From: Candidatus Eiseniibacteriota bacterium
GTDB lineage: Bacteria > Eisenbacteria > RBG-16-71-46
Assembly (NCBI GenBank): GCA_963707915.1
Contig: OY970178.1
Span: 32,001 to 96,000, forward strand
DNA: 64,000 nt
Direction: 5' to 3'
In this document: positions 28,840 through 38,363 of the stretch, piece by piece
How the letters are laid out: each line of letters begins with the position of its first letter
Position numbering within the stretch: position 1 is the stretch's first letter
Made by a program: the position numbers and the translations under genes
The notes under the pieces: generated by a model
What the model saw: only the letters and a program-made list of their open reading frames with translations
Databases searched by the model: none
What the model was told of the DNA's origin: nothing

Positions 28840-30305
28840 GGGTCCGGCACGCTCGCCGCCCGCTCGCCCGGGTCGGCACGGTGGACGCCTCCGCGGTCGC
28901 GCTGGTGACCCTTCCGGTCCTCGCCGTGACGGCCTGGGCGGCGCTGGGCCTGCCACCGGCCGCGCTCGCCGCGGGGCTGGCGGCGGCCATCGTGGCTACC
29001 TGCTGGCGCCTGCCGGTGCGTGCCGTCGGGATCGAGGGGCTGTGGCTCCTCCTGCTGTCCGGCGTCGTGCTGGCGGGCGAGCTCTCGGCCATCTCCCTCG
29101 GCGGGCAGAACGGCCGCATCCTGTGGGCCGACGCCTGGCTGGGCGCCGGCCTGCTCGTCCTGCTGCTCCGGGGGCGGCTGGCGCTCGCCGTGCCACGCGC
29201 GCCCTTCCTCGTCGTGCTGGTCCCGTTCCTCGCCTGGTGCGCGATCGGCCTGCCGTTCGCCCGCGACCCGCTCACCGCGATCGCCGAGTACAAGGAGTGG
29301 CTGGTGGCCGCGGCGGCCGGCCTGTGCGCGGTGCGCTGGGCGACGGACCGGCGGCGGGCGCGCCTGCTGCTGGCTTCGGTGGCGCTCACCGGCGCGGCGC
29401 TGGCCGCGCTCATGGTGGTCGTCGCCTGGCGCAGCCCGCTCGGCCTGGCGTTCGCCGTGCTGACCAAGACGGTGGACCTGCCGTGGGGCCGCTCGAACTA
29501 TCTCGCCGGCCTGCTGGCGCTCGCGTTCCCGGTGGCGCTGGGGCTCATGGGGGCCGCGGCGCGCGGGCGGGAACGCGCGCTCTGGCTGGCGGTCGTCCTC
29601 GCGACCGCGGCCGGACTCGCCGTCTCGGGGTCCAAGGGGGCCCTGCTGGCGGTGGGGCTCGCCACGGTCCCCGTCTTCCTCGGGCCGCTGGCGGCCGGCA
29701 CGTCCCGTGCGCTGCGCATCGCGGTCCTCGCCGTGATCGGCTCGGTCGTGGTGCTGTTCGTCGCGGGGCCGCTCCGCGTCGCCATGGACTACCGCCTGCA
29801 AGCCGGTGCGCTCGACTACTCGAGCGGTGAGCGTTTCGCCCTCTACCGACTGGCGCTGGACCTGGGGATGCAGCACCCGCTGCTGGGCGTCGGGTTGAAC
29901 AACTTCTCGGTGGCCGCGCACTCGCTGCACGGCGTGGACACGGTCCCGCACAACCTCGAGACCGGCCTGTTCGCCGAGCTCGGAGTCGTCGGGCTGGTGC
30001 TGGCGCTGGCCTGGGGCGGCACGCTGCTCGCCTCGGCGTGGCGCGCGGTGCGCGCCGGCCGCGTGCCGCGCGAGCGCGTCCTCGCGCTGGGGGCGGCGGC
30101 CGCCGTGCTCGGCGCCGCGATCCACAACCAGGTGGAGTCCACGCTCTACGGCGAGCAGTTCAAGATCCTCCTCTTCCTGGTCGCGGCGGCGCTCTGGAGG
30201 CTCGGACTGCCGGAGCGTGCATCCTGCAATCCGGCGCTGCCCCCGGACCCCCCGATCGCGTGCGCGACGCACGGCGTCCTGCCGTCGCCGGGCGCGCGGG
30301 ATTGA
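28836..30305 (+). CDS. O-antigen ligase/Wzy_C family polymerase
   Basis: GTGA overlap; multi-TM; SNYLAG, SGSKGA, R..LY..ALDL..HPLLGVG..NF, PHN..L.AELGVVG. Confidence 0.88.
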   Translation: MRVRHARRPLARVGTVDASAVALVTLPVLAVTAWAALGLPPAALAAGLAAAIVATCWRLPVRAVGIEGLWLLLLSGVVLAGELSAISLGGQNGRILWADAWLGAGLLVLLLRGRLALAVPRAPFLVVLVPFLAWCAIGLPFARDPLTAIAEYKEWLVAAAAGLCAVRWATDRRRARLLLASVALTGAALAALMVVVAWRSPLGLAFAVLTKTVDLPWGRSNYLAGLLALAFPVALGLMGAAARGRERALWLAVVLATAAGLAVSGSKGALLAVGLATVPVFLGPLAAGTSRALRIAVLAVIGSVVVLFVAGPLRVAMDYRLQAGALDYSSGERFALYRLALDLGMQHPLLGVGLNNFSVAAHSLHGVDTVPHNLETGLFAELGVVGLVLALAWGGTLLASAWRAVRAGRVPRERVLALGAAAAVLGAAIHNQVESTLYGEQFKILLFLVAAALWRLGLPERASCNPALPPDPPIACATHGVLPSPGARD

Positions 30306-30331
30306 ACCCGGTCCCGGACGTTGCCTATCAT
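30302..30331 (+). promoter_or_regulatory. Possible internal sigma70 promoter for the 30479 gene
   Basis: TTGAAC-18 bp-TATCAT. Confidence 0.4.
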
Positions 30332-30478
30332 CGAGGCATGGACGGGAGGCCGGCGAGCGCGCCGGCCGTGCCCCGCCCGCAGCGGGAATGAGCCCTCCTC
30401 GAGTCCCGGGAGGGAACGCCCAGGCAGGCCAACGTCGCAGCGCGCGGGGCCGACGCGCGCGAGTCCGCGGCCGCATGA

Positions 30479-31498
30479 TTGCCGGATCGCAGTCGCCAGC
30501 CTCGAACCTGCGGACTCGCCGGAGCCCTGGTGCTCGCCCTGCTGTGCGCGCATGACGCCGCCGCCTTCGGACCGGACGCGGCCGCCATCGTCGGCACGTG
30601 CGCGCTCCCGCCGGACGCCCGTGACGCGGGCTGGAGCGGGAGGGTGGCCGACGCGGTGACGCGGCAGTTCGAGGCCGAGCGCGCGGACCCCGAGCGCGCC
30701 GCGCCGCTTCACCGCTTCGACGGCCTGGCCGCGCCGGACGCGGCCGCGGCGGGGGCGGCCGCGACGCCGGACGCGCCCCGCGTCTTCGCCCGGCTCGCCG
30801 ATTCACTGCGCGTCGCCTTCGCGAGCGCCGATCCCGCCGACTGGTCCGGCCCGGTCGCGAGCCTGGCGCAGGCCGCCTGCGATCTCGCCGACCCGTTCCA
30901 GATGACCTCACCCGGGCTCGACGAGGTGCCCGGGGCGCGCGCGCGGTTCTGCGACGGCGCGACGGCCGCCACGCTGGAATGGCTCGCGACCGCCGGCGCG
31001 GGCGGGAGTGCGGGCGCCCAGGTCGCGACGGGGTACGACGCGCGCGGCGCGGCGCTGGCGCTCGCGCGTGCCAGTGCCACCCTTCGCGACAGCGTCGAGC
31101 GTCTCACGCTCGCCGCGGACGCCGGCGGGATCGAGGTGCTCCAGCGCGGGCGCTTGCTGGCCGCGGCGGGCGCGGCGCGGACGGCGACGGCCGTGGCCTG
31201 GCAGGCGACCGCGGCCCTTCGAAACCGGAGCGGCACGCTGCGGTTCCGGCCCAACCCGGTGCGCGACGTCGCCGTGCTCGCGTTCGTCCTGCCGGCCTCC
31301 GGGGCCGTCCGTCTCGAGTTGTTCGACGTGTCCGGCCGCCGCGTCGCGGTCTCGGACCTGGGCATCCTCCCGGCCGGACCCCACACCGCCGCGTTCGACC
31401 GCGATGCGGCGGGCCCGCTGGCCCCGGGCGTGTACCTCGCGCGGCTGGCATCGCCGGGCCGGGCCGCCACGGGCAGGATCGTCCTCGCCTCACGGTAG
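30479..31498 (+). CDS. Secreted protein: degenerate S1/P1-nuclease/PLC-like helical domain + C-terminal FlgD-Ig/T9SS-like domain
   Basis: Signal peptide (..ALVLALLCAHDAAA-F); C-terminal PNPVRD..F.LP..G.VRLELFDVSGRRV..G.H..D..LAPGVYLARL; start uncertain (TTG). Confidence 0.75.
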   Translation: MPDRSRQPRTCGLAGALVLALLCAHDAAAFGPDAAAIVGTCALPPDARDAGWSGRVADAVTRQFEAERADPERAAPLHRFDGLAAPDAAAAGAAATPDAPRVFARLADSLRVAFASADPADWSGPVASLAQAACDLADPFQMTSPGLDEVPGARARFCDGATAATLEWLATAGAGGSAGAQVATGYDARGAALALARASATLRDSVERLTLAADAGGIEVLQRGRLLAAAGAARTATAVAWQATAALRNRSGTLRFRPNPVRDVAVLAFVLPASGAVRLELFDVSGRRVAVSDLGILPAGPHTAAFDRDAAGPLAPGVYLARLASPGRAATGRIVLASR

Positions 31499-31547
31499 GC
31501 CCTCCGTCCCGGGGTGATGCCGGACAAGGACTTGGGCCCGGCAGCCG

Positions 31548-31563
31548 TGGCACGCGCGTTGCG
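31548..31563 (+). promoter_or_regulatory. sigma54 (-24/-12) promoter upstream of wzx
   Basis: TGGCACGcgcgTTGCG with exact GG-N10-GC spacing, in a ~290-bp intergenic gap. Confidence 0.65.
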
Positions 31564-31786
31564 TTTCCGAGCCGGCGCGACGGCATTCCCCGCGCGAGGA
31601 CCCTGGAACCATGCACGTTCAACGTCTTGGCCGTGTGGCCGGCGTTCGCGCCGGCGCGCGGACGACCGATTCCTGGCCTGCGCCCCGCTCGACCGGCCAA
31701 CTTCCGGACGGCGGGTGGGCGTCGGCACGGCCCGCCCGGAGGGGCTCGACCTGCCGCCGCCCCGGGCAACCGCCCCCGGACCGGTC

Positions 31787-33313
31787 ATGAGCGGGCTGCG
31801 CGCCGTCGCGCACGGCACCCTGCGGCTGCTCGCCGGCCTGGTGGCCGCCCGGGTCTTCGACTTCGCCCTGTACCTGCTGCTCGCGCGCAGCTTCGGCGTC
31901 GAGCACTTCGGTTCGTACACCTACGCGCTGTCGTTCGCCCTGCTGTTCAGCGTGCTCGCCGACTTCGGCGTCACCACCGTGCTGACGCGCGAGCTGGCGC
32001 GGGCGCCCCGGAGCACGCGCACCCTGCTCGCGGACGCGCTGAGGCTCAAGCTCGGGCTCTCGGTCGCGACGGTCGTCGGCGTCCTCGTCACGGCGTTGGT
32101 CTCGGGCTCGCCGCCCGCGACGCTCGCGTTGATCGCCGTGTTCACGGTGGGCATGCTGCTGCGCTCGGCGGCGCTCGCCTTCGACGGCCTGCTGCGCGCG
32201 GCGAACCGCAACGGCGCGGTGGGGATCGGGGTCCTGTGCTCGAGCGTGACCGGCCTGGCGACAGCGGTCGCGCTGGTCCTCGGCGGACTGGGAGTGACCG
32301 GGGGCGCGATCGCCTACGCGGTCTCCGGGCTGGTCCACCTCGCGGTGGTGGCCTGGCTGGCCCGCGACCTGTGGCGGGGCCGCCCGGACGCCGCCACGGT
32401 CCTCCCCGGATGCCCGGCCGAGGGTGCGCCGTCCCCGGTGTCGATCCCGTGGCGGGGCCCGTGGGGACTGCTCCGCGAGTGCGCGCCGCTCGCCCTCTCG
32501 TGCGTCTTCATCGCGCTCTACTTCCGCATCGACGCGGTGATGCTGCACGCGCTCAAGGACGACCGCGCCGTGGGGCTCTACGGCGGGATCTACCGGATCT
32601 TCGAGGCGTTCGCGATGCTGGCCGTCGCGTTCCGCTCGGTGCTGTTCCCGGTCATGGCGCGGGCCGCGGACGGCCCGCGCGACGCGCTGGCCGTCCTGTG
32701 CCGCAAGTCGCTGCGCCTCCACCTGCTCTTCACCGTGCTGGTGGCGGTGTTCTTCACCGTCGAGGCGCGCGCGATCATCACGATCGTCCTCGGGAGACCG
32801 TACGAGCCGGCCGCGGCGGGGCTGAGCGTGCTCATCTGGGCGCTGCCCGGCTCCTTCATGGCCGATACGCTGCTGCACCTGCTCATCGCCCAGCGCAAGC
32901 AGGCGCTGGGCACCTGGGCCGTGGGCGCCGCGGCGGCGTTCAACGTCGCCCTCAACTTCGCGCTGATCCCGCGCTTCTCCTTCGTCGGTGCCGCGGCCGC
33001 CACGGCCGCGAGCGAGTTGTTGTGCTTCGGGCTGCTGTTCGCGATCTTCCGCAGCGGGGTGCCGGGGATCTCGCTGGTGCGCACGGCGCTGCCCCCGGTC
33101 CTTGCCGGGGCCGCGACCGCCGGTGCGCTGGCGTGGATCGCGCCGCACCTGCCGCCGACGCCGTGGGGGCTCCTGGCCGCCGGATTGGCGACCCTCGCGG
33201 TCTATGTCGCGGCGCTCGCCCCGCTCGGCGGCATCGGTCGAGCGGACCTCGTGGCGGTTCGCGGTCTGCTGCCGATGGTGCGGGCCCGCGCGGCCCGGGA
33301 GGTGGTGTCATGA
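31787..33313 (+). CDS. wzx: Wzx flippase (MOP superfamily)
   Basis: LARSFGVEHFGSY, ADFGVTTVLTRELAR, LYFRIDAVML, VGLYGGIYRI, NVALNFALIPRF..GAAAAT. Confidence 0.9.
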   Translation: MSGLRAVAHGTLRLLAGLVAARVFDFALYLLLARSFGVEHFGSYTYALSFALLFSVLADFGVTTVLTRELARAPRSTRTLLADALRLKLGLSVATVVGVLVTALVSGSPPATLALIAVFTVGMLLRSAALAFDGLLRAANRNGAVGIGVLCSSVTGLATAVALVLGGLGVTGGAIAYAVSGLVHLAVVAWLARDLWRGRPDAATVLPGCPAEGAPSPVSIPWRGPWGLLRECAPLALSCVFIALYFRIDAVMLHALKDDRAVGLYGGIYRIFEAFAMLAVAFRSVLFPVMARAADGPRDALAVLCRKSLRLHLLFTVLVAVFFTVEARAIITIVLGRPYEPAAAGLSVLIWALPGSFMADTLLHLLIAQRKQALGTWAVGAAAAFNVALNFALIPRFSFVGAAAATAASELLCFGLLFAIFRSGVPGISLVRTALPPVLAGAATAGALAWIAPHLPPTPWGLLAAGLATLAVYVAALAPLGGIGRADLVAVRGLLPMVRARAAREVVS

Positions 33314-33960
33314 CGGCTTCGGTCCACGGCTCGCGGCTCGCCCGCGTCCGGCAGATGGGCCTGCGCAACTTCGTCCGCGTCTCGCTCGTCCTGGGCCGAC
33401 GGCGCGCCTGGAGCGTCGTCTACACGTTGTGGCTGCGCGCCTGCGGCGTCCGGGTCGGGCGCGGCGTCCGGTTCGCCGGGCGCATCCACGTGATCGGGGA
33501 TCCGCGCCGGATCACGATCGGCGACGGCTGCAGCCTCCATCGCGGGGTCACGCTGTGGACCCACGCCTTCGGCTCCGGGCGCGGTGAGATCGTGCTGGGC
33601 CGCCGGATCACGATGCTCCACAACGTGACGCTGAACTCGTGGGAGCGCATCGAGGTGGGCGACGAGAGCGCCTTCGGGGACGGCTGCTACGTGCAGGACA
33701 ACGACCACGGCATGGAGCCGGGCACGCCGATCATGCGACAGCCCTGCCACGGGGCCCCCATCACGATCGGGAGCGACGTGTGGTTCGGGGCCCGCTGCAT
33801 GGTGCTCAAGGGCGTGAGCGTGGGCGACGGCACGGTCGTGGGTGGAGGCAGCGTCGTGGTGAAGTCGCTGCCCGCGGGTGTCGTCGCCGTCGGAGTGCCC
33901 TGCCGCCCGATCAAGCGGCGCGGGGGCGGGGCGCCGATCGAGGAGGCCGTGGCGGCCTGA
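33310..33960 (+). CDS. Hexapeptide-repeat (LbH) O-acyltransferase
   Basis: ATGA overlap; IGSDVWFGARCMVLKGVSVGDGTVVGGGSVVVKSLP..VAVGVPCR. Confidence 0.9.
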   Translation: MTASVHGSRLARVRQMGLRNFVRVSLVLGRRRAWSVVYTLWLRACGVRVGRGVRFAGRIHVIGDPRRITIGDGCSLHRGVTLWTHAFGSGRGEIVLGRRITMLHNVTLNSWERIEVGDESAFGDGCYVQDNDHGMEPGTPIMRQPCHGAPITIGSDVWFGARCMVLKGVSVGDGTVVGGGSVVVKSLPAGVVAVGVPCRPIKRRGGGAPIEEAVAA

Positions 33961-33989
33961 ACGCCGTTCGCGCAGCCGGGAGCCAAGAC

Positions 33990-34958
33990 ATGGATGACCT
34001 TCGTCCCCTGGGCCGCTCGCCGATCCGGGTCTCCGCCGTCGGGCTGGGGTGCTGGCAATTCTCCGAGGGCCGCGGGATCGCCGGCGGCTACTGGCCGGCG
34101 CTGCCGCAGGAACGGGCGGACCGGATCGTCGCGGCCAGCCTCGCCGGCGGCATCAACTGGTTCGACACGGCCGAGATGTACGGCGGCGGCCGCTCGGAGG
34201 CGGCCCTCGCCCGTGCGCTACTGGCGGCGGGACGCGGCAACGGCGAGGTGGTGGTGGCCACGAAGTGGTGGCCGGTGCTCCGCACCGCCGGGAACCTGAA
34301 GGCAACGATCTCCGAGCGCCGCCGGCGGCTGGCGCCCTTCGACATCGACCTGCACCAGGTTCACCAGCCCTACGCCCTCGCCTCGACCGCCGCGCAGATG
34401 CGTGCCATGGCCGACCTGGTCGCCGCGGGCGCCATCCGGACGGTCGGCGTGAGCAACTTCTCCGCGGCGAAGATGCGGGCGGCGCACACCGCGCTCGCGG
34501 CCCGGGGACTGCCGCTGGTGTCGAACCAGGTGCGCTACAACCTGCTCGACCGGCGCATCGAGTCGAACGGCGTGCTCGGCGCCGCGCGGGAACTGGGGGT
34601 GACGATCATCGCCTGGTCGCCGCTCGCACAGGGCCTGCTCACCGGCAAGTTCCATCGCGACCCGGACCTGGTCCGTTCGCGTCCGGGCCCGCGCCGGTGG
34701 CTGGCGGGCTTCCGCCACCGGGGGCTCGAGAAGACCCGGCCGTTGATCGAGGCCCTCGAGGAGATCGCTACCGCCCGCGGCGTCACGCCGGCCCAGGTCG
34801 CGCTCCGCTGGCTGGTCGACTTCCAGGGCGGGACGGTCGTCGCCATCCCGGGCGCGACCAGCGAGGCGCAGGCGCGGGAGAACGCCGGCGTGCTGGGCCT
34901 GCGGCTCGGCGACGCCGAGATGGCGTGGCTGGACGGGCTCTCGCGGGGCTTCCGCTGA
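33990..34958 (+). CDS. Aldo/keto reductase
   Basis: GLGCWQF, FDTAEMYG..SE, VATK, IDLHQVH, GVSNF, AWSPLAQGLLTGK, IPGA. Confidence 0.93.
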   Translation: MDDLRPLGRSPIRVSAVGLGCWQFSEGRGIAGGYWPALPQERADRIVAASLAGGINWFDTAEMYGGGRSEAALARALLAAGRGNGEVVVATKWWPVLRTAGNLKATISERRRRLAPFDIDLHQVHQPYALASTAAQMRAMADLVAAGAIRTVGVSNFSAAKMRAAHTALAARGLPLVSNQVRYNLLDRRIESNGVLGAARELGVTIIAWSPLAQGLLTGKFHRDPDLVRSRPGPRRWLAGFRHRGLEKTRPLIEALEEIATARGVTPAQVALRWLVDFQGGTVVAIPGATSEAQARENAGVLGLRLGDAEMAWLDGLSRGFR

Positions 34959-35062
34959 CCCCGGGCCCGGCCGGGCCGGGAACCGGAAGGTGCTATGCTG
35001 CCCCGGCGGCGCCGCAACCGGGGATCGCATCGCGAGTGAAGCGGGCCAGTCGCGGAGGCGGC

Positions 35063-35746
35063 ATGGGACTGCGGGATGACGTGATCGGCTGGGACGTGGC
35101 GAACTGGTCCCGGGCGCTGGACTACTGGGATTCCCGGCTCGACCTCGACCCCGCGAACCGTCGCGCGCTGGAACTCGGTGCGGGCGGGAACGGCGGCCTG
35201 TCGCTCTGGCTTGCGAATAAGGGCTGGAGCGTCCGCTGCACCGGCTACCAGGGCGTCGAGGAGGCGGCGCGCGCCGCTCACCGCTCCTACGGCGTCGATC
35301 ACCTGATCGAGTACGCGACCGTCGACGCATGCGCGATCCCGTACCGGGAGGAATTCGACCTGGTCTGCTACAAGTCCATGCTCGGCCGGATCGTCCAGGA
35401 CGGCCCGCTGCAGATCGCGAGCGGGGTGGTCGCCCAGATCCTGAAGGCGCTGAAGCCCGGCGGACGGTTGTTGTTCGCCGAGAATCTGGCTTCGTCCCGG
35501 CTCCATCACGCCCTCCGGCAGCGGTGGGGCACCGGGAGAAACCGCTGGAGATACTTCACCATCGAAGAGCTGGACGGGCTCCACGCCGGCTTCTCCAGCT
35601 TCGAGCGGGTCAGCCTCGGGTTCACGGGCTGCCTGGGGCGCACCGAGAGGCAACGGACCCGGCTGGGACGCCTCGATGCCGGGCTCCTCGACCGGATCGT
35701 TCCGGACCGCTGGCACTACATCATGGCGGGCATCGCCACGAAGTAG
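35063..35746 (+). CDS. Class I SAM-dependent methyltransferase
   Basis: GGAGG RBS; LELGAGGNGGLS, D..IPY..FDLV, LKPGGRLLFAE. Confidence 0.85.
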   Translation: MGLRDDVIGWDVANWSRALDYWDSRLDLDPANRRALELGAGGNGGLSLWLANKGWSVRCTGYQGVEEAARAAHRSYGVDHLIEYATVDACAIPYREEFDLVCYKSMLGRIVQDGPLQIASGVVAQILKALKPGGRLLFAENLASSRLHHALRQRWGTGRNRWRYFTIEELDGLHAGFSSFERVSLGFTGCLGRTERQRTRLGRLDAGLLDRIVPDRWHYIMAGIATK

Positions 35747-35779
35747 GGCCGTGTCCCGCCCGCGCAGCCGTGCGGCGTG

Positions 35780-37318
35780 CTACCAGCGAACGCGGAAACG
35801 CGTCGCGCCGTAGAAGCCGCTCACGTCGTCACCCGCACGGTGTTCGAGCGCGCGTACCCGCGCCGTGCCGGCGGTGAGCCCGAGCGACAGCCCGACGGCA
35901 GGCGACCAGTCCACCGAGGCGGCGACGCGCGTGTCCCGCTCGACCACGCCGGAGAGCGCCATCGATGGCACCGGGCTGCCCGGGAGGTGGAAGTCGCCCA
36001 GCACGGCCTCGCCCCGGCGCGTCAGTTCGCCCTCGAGGGCGAAGGTCCAGTCGACGCCGGGAATCCACGCCAGCCGGGCGTAGAACTGCTCGGCGTCGGG
36101 GCCGAGCGGGTAGCCGGTGGGAAGGCCGTTGAAGGCGAAGTCGTGGCGGTGGTACGACGAGTACGTGAAGCGGTAGACGCGCGAGTACTCGCCGCGTGCG
36201 CTCAGCGCGCCGCCGCCCCGCTGCCAGCGGGAATGGATCCCGGCCTGCCAGGCGATCGAGAGCGGGCGCCTTTCCGAGCTGAAGCTGATGTCGTCCACCG
36301 CGACCTCGCCGTAGAGACGCGTGCCGGGGCGCGCGCGCCAGGTGGCATCCGCGGTCCACATGACGTTGTTCTTGAAGATCCGCTCGAGGGAGTCGGGGGC
36401 CAGTCCGGACGACTTGATCAGCCGCCTCTCGATGAGGCTGAAGGGGATCACCGGCACGAGATAGAGCGGCGCGTTCGCGACACCGTCGAACCGGGCGAGC
36501 TCCGAGAGCGCCAGGTCGAGGCTCTCGAGCGGGCGCATCTCGATCCGGTGCCCGGCGAGGTAGGTCTGCGCCACCGGGTCGAGCGACGCGACGAACCACT
36601 CGAGCTGGAGCGGCCGGAGGGGCCTGACGCGGAACTCGACGAAGTCGTACGCCTGCGAGCCGTCGGAGAGGCCGACGCCGCCCGTCACGCCCGGTCCCCA
36701 GCGCAGCCACGAGTGCCCCAGCGTCACGACCCCGAGCGGACCACGGGCACGGACGTAGGCGCGGTCGAAGTAGGGGTTGACCTGGACGCCCTCGATGAGC
36801 CCGAAGTGCCGGCTGTCGACCGGGTTCCCGTGCGGTCCCGACGATCGCGTCCCGGCGTAGACGTCGGTGAAGAGCAGGACGCCCTGCCCGAGCATCGCCG
36901 AGGCCTGCACGCCGCCGCGGAAGTCGCGGACCACCCGGTGACGGGCGCGGTCCTCCGCGTAGTCCGCCCCGACGTAGGGCGAGACCTCGAGCGACCCCTG
37001 GTCGTCCTGGACGTGGACGAGCGGCTGCCACCCTCCGGCCACCGGGGCGAGCTCGCGTCGCAGCCGGATGACGCACGGATCGTTCGCGGCTCCGGGCGCG
37101 GCCGCGACGATCCGATCGAGGAACGCGGCGAGATTCTCGCGGGTCCACGGGCGCGTGGTGTGGAAGGCTGCGCCGAGCCCGTGGGTGGCCGCCACGTCCT
37201 CGAGGTCGCGGAGGCTGCGTGATTCGACGGGGATCTCCTCGAGTCCGTGGTACGCAGCGCGGGCCGGGAGCGCTCCGCCGAGGAACGCGACCGCGAGGAC
37301 GATCGGGGACAGGCGCAT
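35780..37318 (-). CDS. wzi: Capsule assembly Wzi-family outer-membrane protein
   Basis: Signal peptide; TRPWTR, FDRAYV, LRWGPG..G..LSD, GHRIE, LYGEVAVDD, GYPLGPDAE; terminal Trp. Confidence 0.8.
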   Translation of the reverse strand: MRLSPIVLAVAFLGGALPARAAYHGLEEIPVESRSLRDLEDVAATHGLGAAFHTTRPWTRENLAAFLDRIVAAAPGAANDPCVIRLRRELAPVAGGWQPLVHVQDDQGSLEVSPYVGADYAEDRARHRVVRDFRGGVQASAMLGQGVLLFTDVYAGTRSSGPHGNPVDSRHFGLIEGVQVNPYFDRAYVRARGPLGVVTLGHSWLRWGPGVTGGVGLSDGSQAYDFVEFRVRPLRPLQLEWFVASLDPVAQTYLAGHRIEMRPLESLDLALSELARFDGVANAPLYLVPVIPFSLIERRLIKSSGLAPDSLERIFKNNVMWTADATWRARPGTRLYGEVAVDDISFSSERRPLSIAWQAGIHSRWQRGGGALSARGEYSRVYRFTYSSYHRHDFAFNGLPTGYPLGPDAEQFYARLAWIPGVDWTFALEGELTRRGEAVLGDFHLPGSPVPSMALSGVVERDTRVAASVDWSPAVGLSLGLTAGTARVRALEHRAGDDVSGFYGATRFRVRW

Positions 37319-37406
37319 GGCGCACACCCTACGCCAACGGTGGGGTCGCAGCCATCGGAAACGGCGCCGGACGTCCCCGCAGGGGCGCTGTCGGGAGAGC
37401 GGCCGG

Positions 37407-38363
37407 CTAGAGCACGACGGCGAAGGAGCCGTACTCCTGGCAGTAGGTACGTTCCCGGTATTCGTGAGTGGTATACGTGAACGTGTAGCGGAAGCCCACG
37501 CTGCGCCAGCGGCCCGCGACCCCGAGTTGCGCCTCGCCCACGAGGGGGACCCGGGTGACGTGCGGGGCGGGATGGAAGGTGTTGCCGTCGAGGAAGAGGT
37601 TGCGCGCGACCGCACGACCCTCGCCGCGGGCGAACACGTACAGGTCGAAGCGGCGGCGCGCGGTGACCGCGGCGGCGTTGTGCCACGGCCCGAAGTCGTC
37701 GGGGAGCGGCAGGCCGATGCGCAGGGTCCCGCCCGCATTGGCTTCCGTGTGCACGTTGCCGAACGTCGCCCCGCCGTGCGGGACGAGGTCGGCGTAGCGC
37801 CGGTAGCCCCAGGGCCGGCGGCGCTCCTGGTAGGAGAGGACGATCCCCGGCTCGCCACGCACCTGGTACTGCCAGCCCCGCGGGGCCCGGATCCCGAGCC
37901 GGCGGTGCCACCAGCGCTGCACGTCCTCGGCGTGCGAGGGTGGCCCCGTGACGCCCAGCTGGAGCTCGAGGCTGCGCATCCGCCGCGCTTCCCTGCTCGT
38001 CACGATGCCGCTGGCGTAGAGCCACCCGGCGTACGGCCGGTCGTCGTAGATCGGCCCCCGGTAGGAGATCCTCTCGGGAGTGTAGATCTCCTGGCCGATC
38101 GACAGGCCGAACTGGCGCTCCGCGTCGCGGGTGCGGAAGCCCGGCAGCCGGCCGGCGAGCCACCGCGCCGGCGCGGGCAACACGCCGGGCGCAAGGAAGA
38201 GGTTGGTGCGCAAACCCTGGGTGTAGTTCCGGTCGGTGGCGGCTGGGCCGGGGACGAATCCGTCGGTGTCGTTGTCCCAGTAGGTCTGCACTTCGGCGGC
38301 GGCGTGGTCCAGCGGCAGACCGATCAGGGCGAGCACGAGCACGATTCCGAAACGACGGTTCAT
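37407..38363 (-). CDS. lpxR: Lipid A deacylase LpxR family (DUF2219)
   Basis: AAGGA RBS; signal peptide; WDND, DRNYTQG, GQEIYTP, DRPYAGWLY, LGVTGP.S.AE.VQ..WH, RNLFLDGN. Confidence 0.88.
   Translation of the reverse strand: MNRRFGIVLVLALIGLPLDHAAAEVQTYWDNDTDGFVPGPAATDRNYTQGLRTNLFLAPGVLPAPARWLAGRLPGFRTRDAERQFGLSIGQEIYTPERISYRGPIYDDRPYAGWLYASGIVTSREARRMRSLELQLGVTGPPSHAEDVQRWWHRRLGIRAPRGWQYQVRGEPGIVLSYQERRRPWGYRRYADLVPHGGATFGNVHTEANAGGTLRIGLPLPDDFGPWHNAAAVTARRRFDLYVFARGEGRAVARNLFLDGNTFHPAPHVTRVPLVGEAQLGVAGRWRSVGFRYTFTYTTHEYRERTYCQEYGSFAVVL

Noticed and set aside
35063..35746. Slightly more A/T-ending codons in the methyltransferase (and the BBE oxidase 5' part) as a sign of horizontal transfer
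   Set aside because: Weak by eye, not quantified, and no flanking repeats or mobility genes
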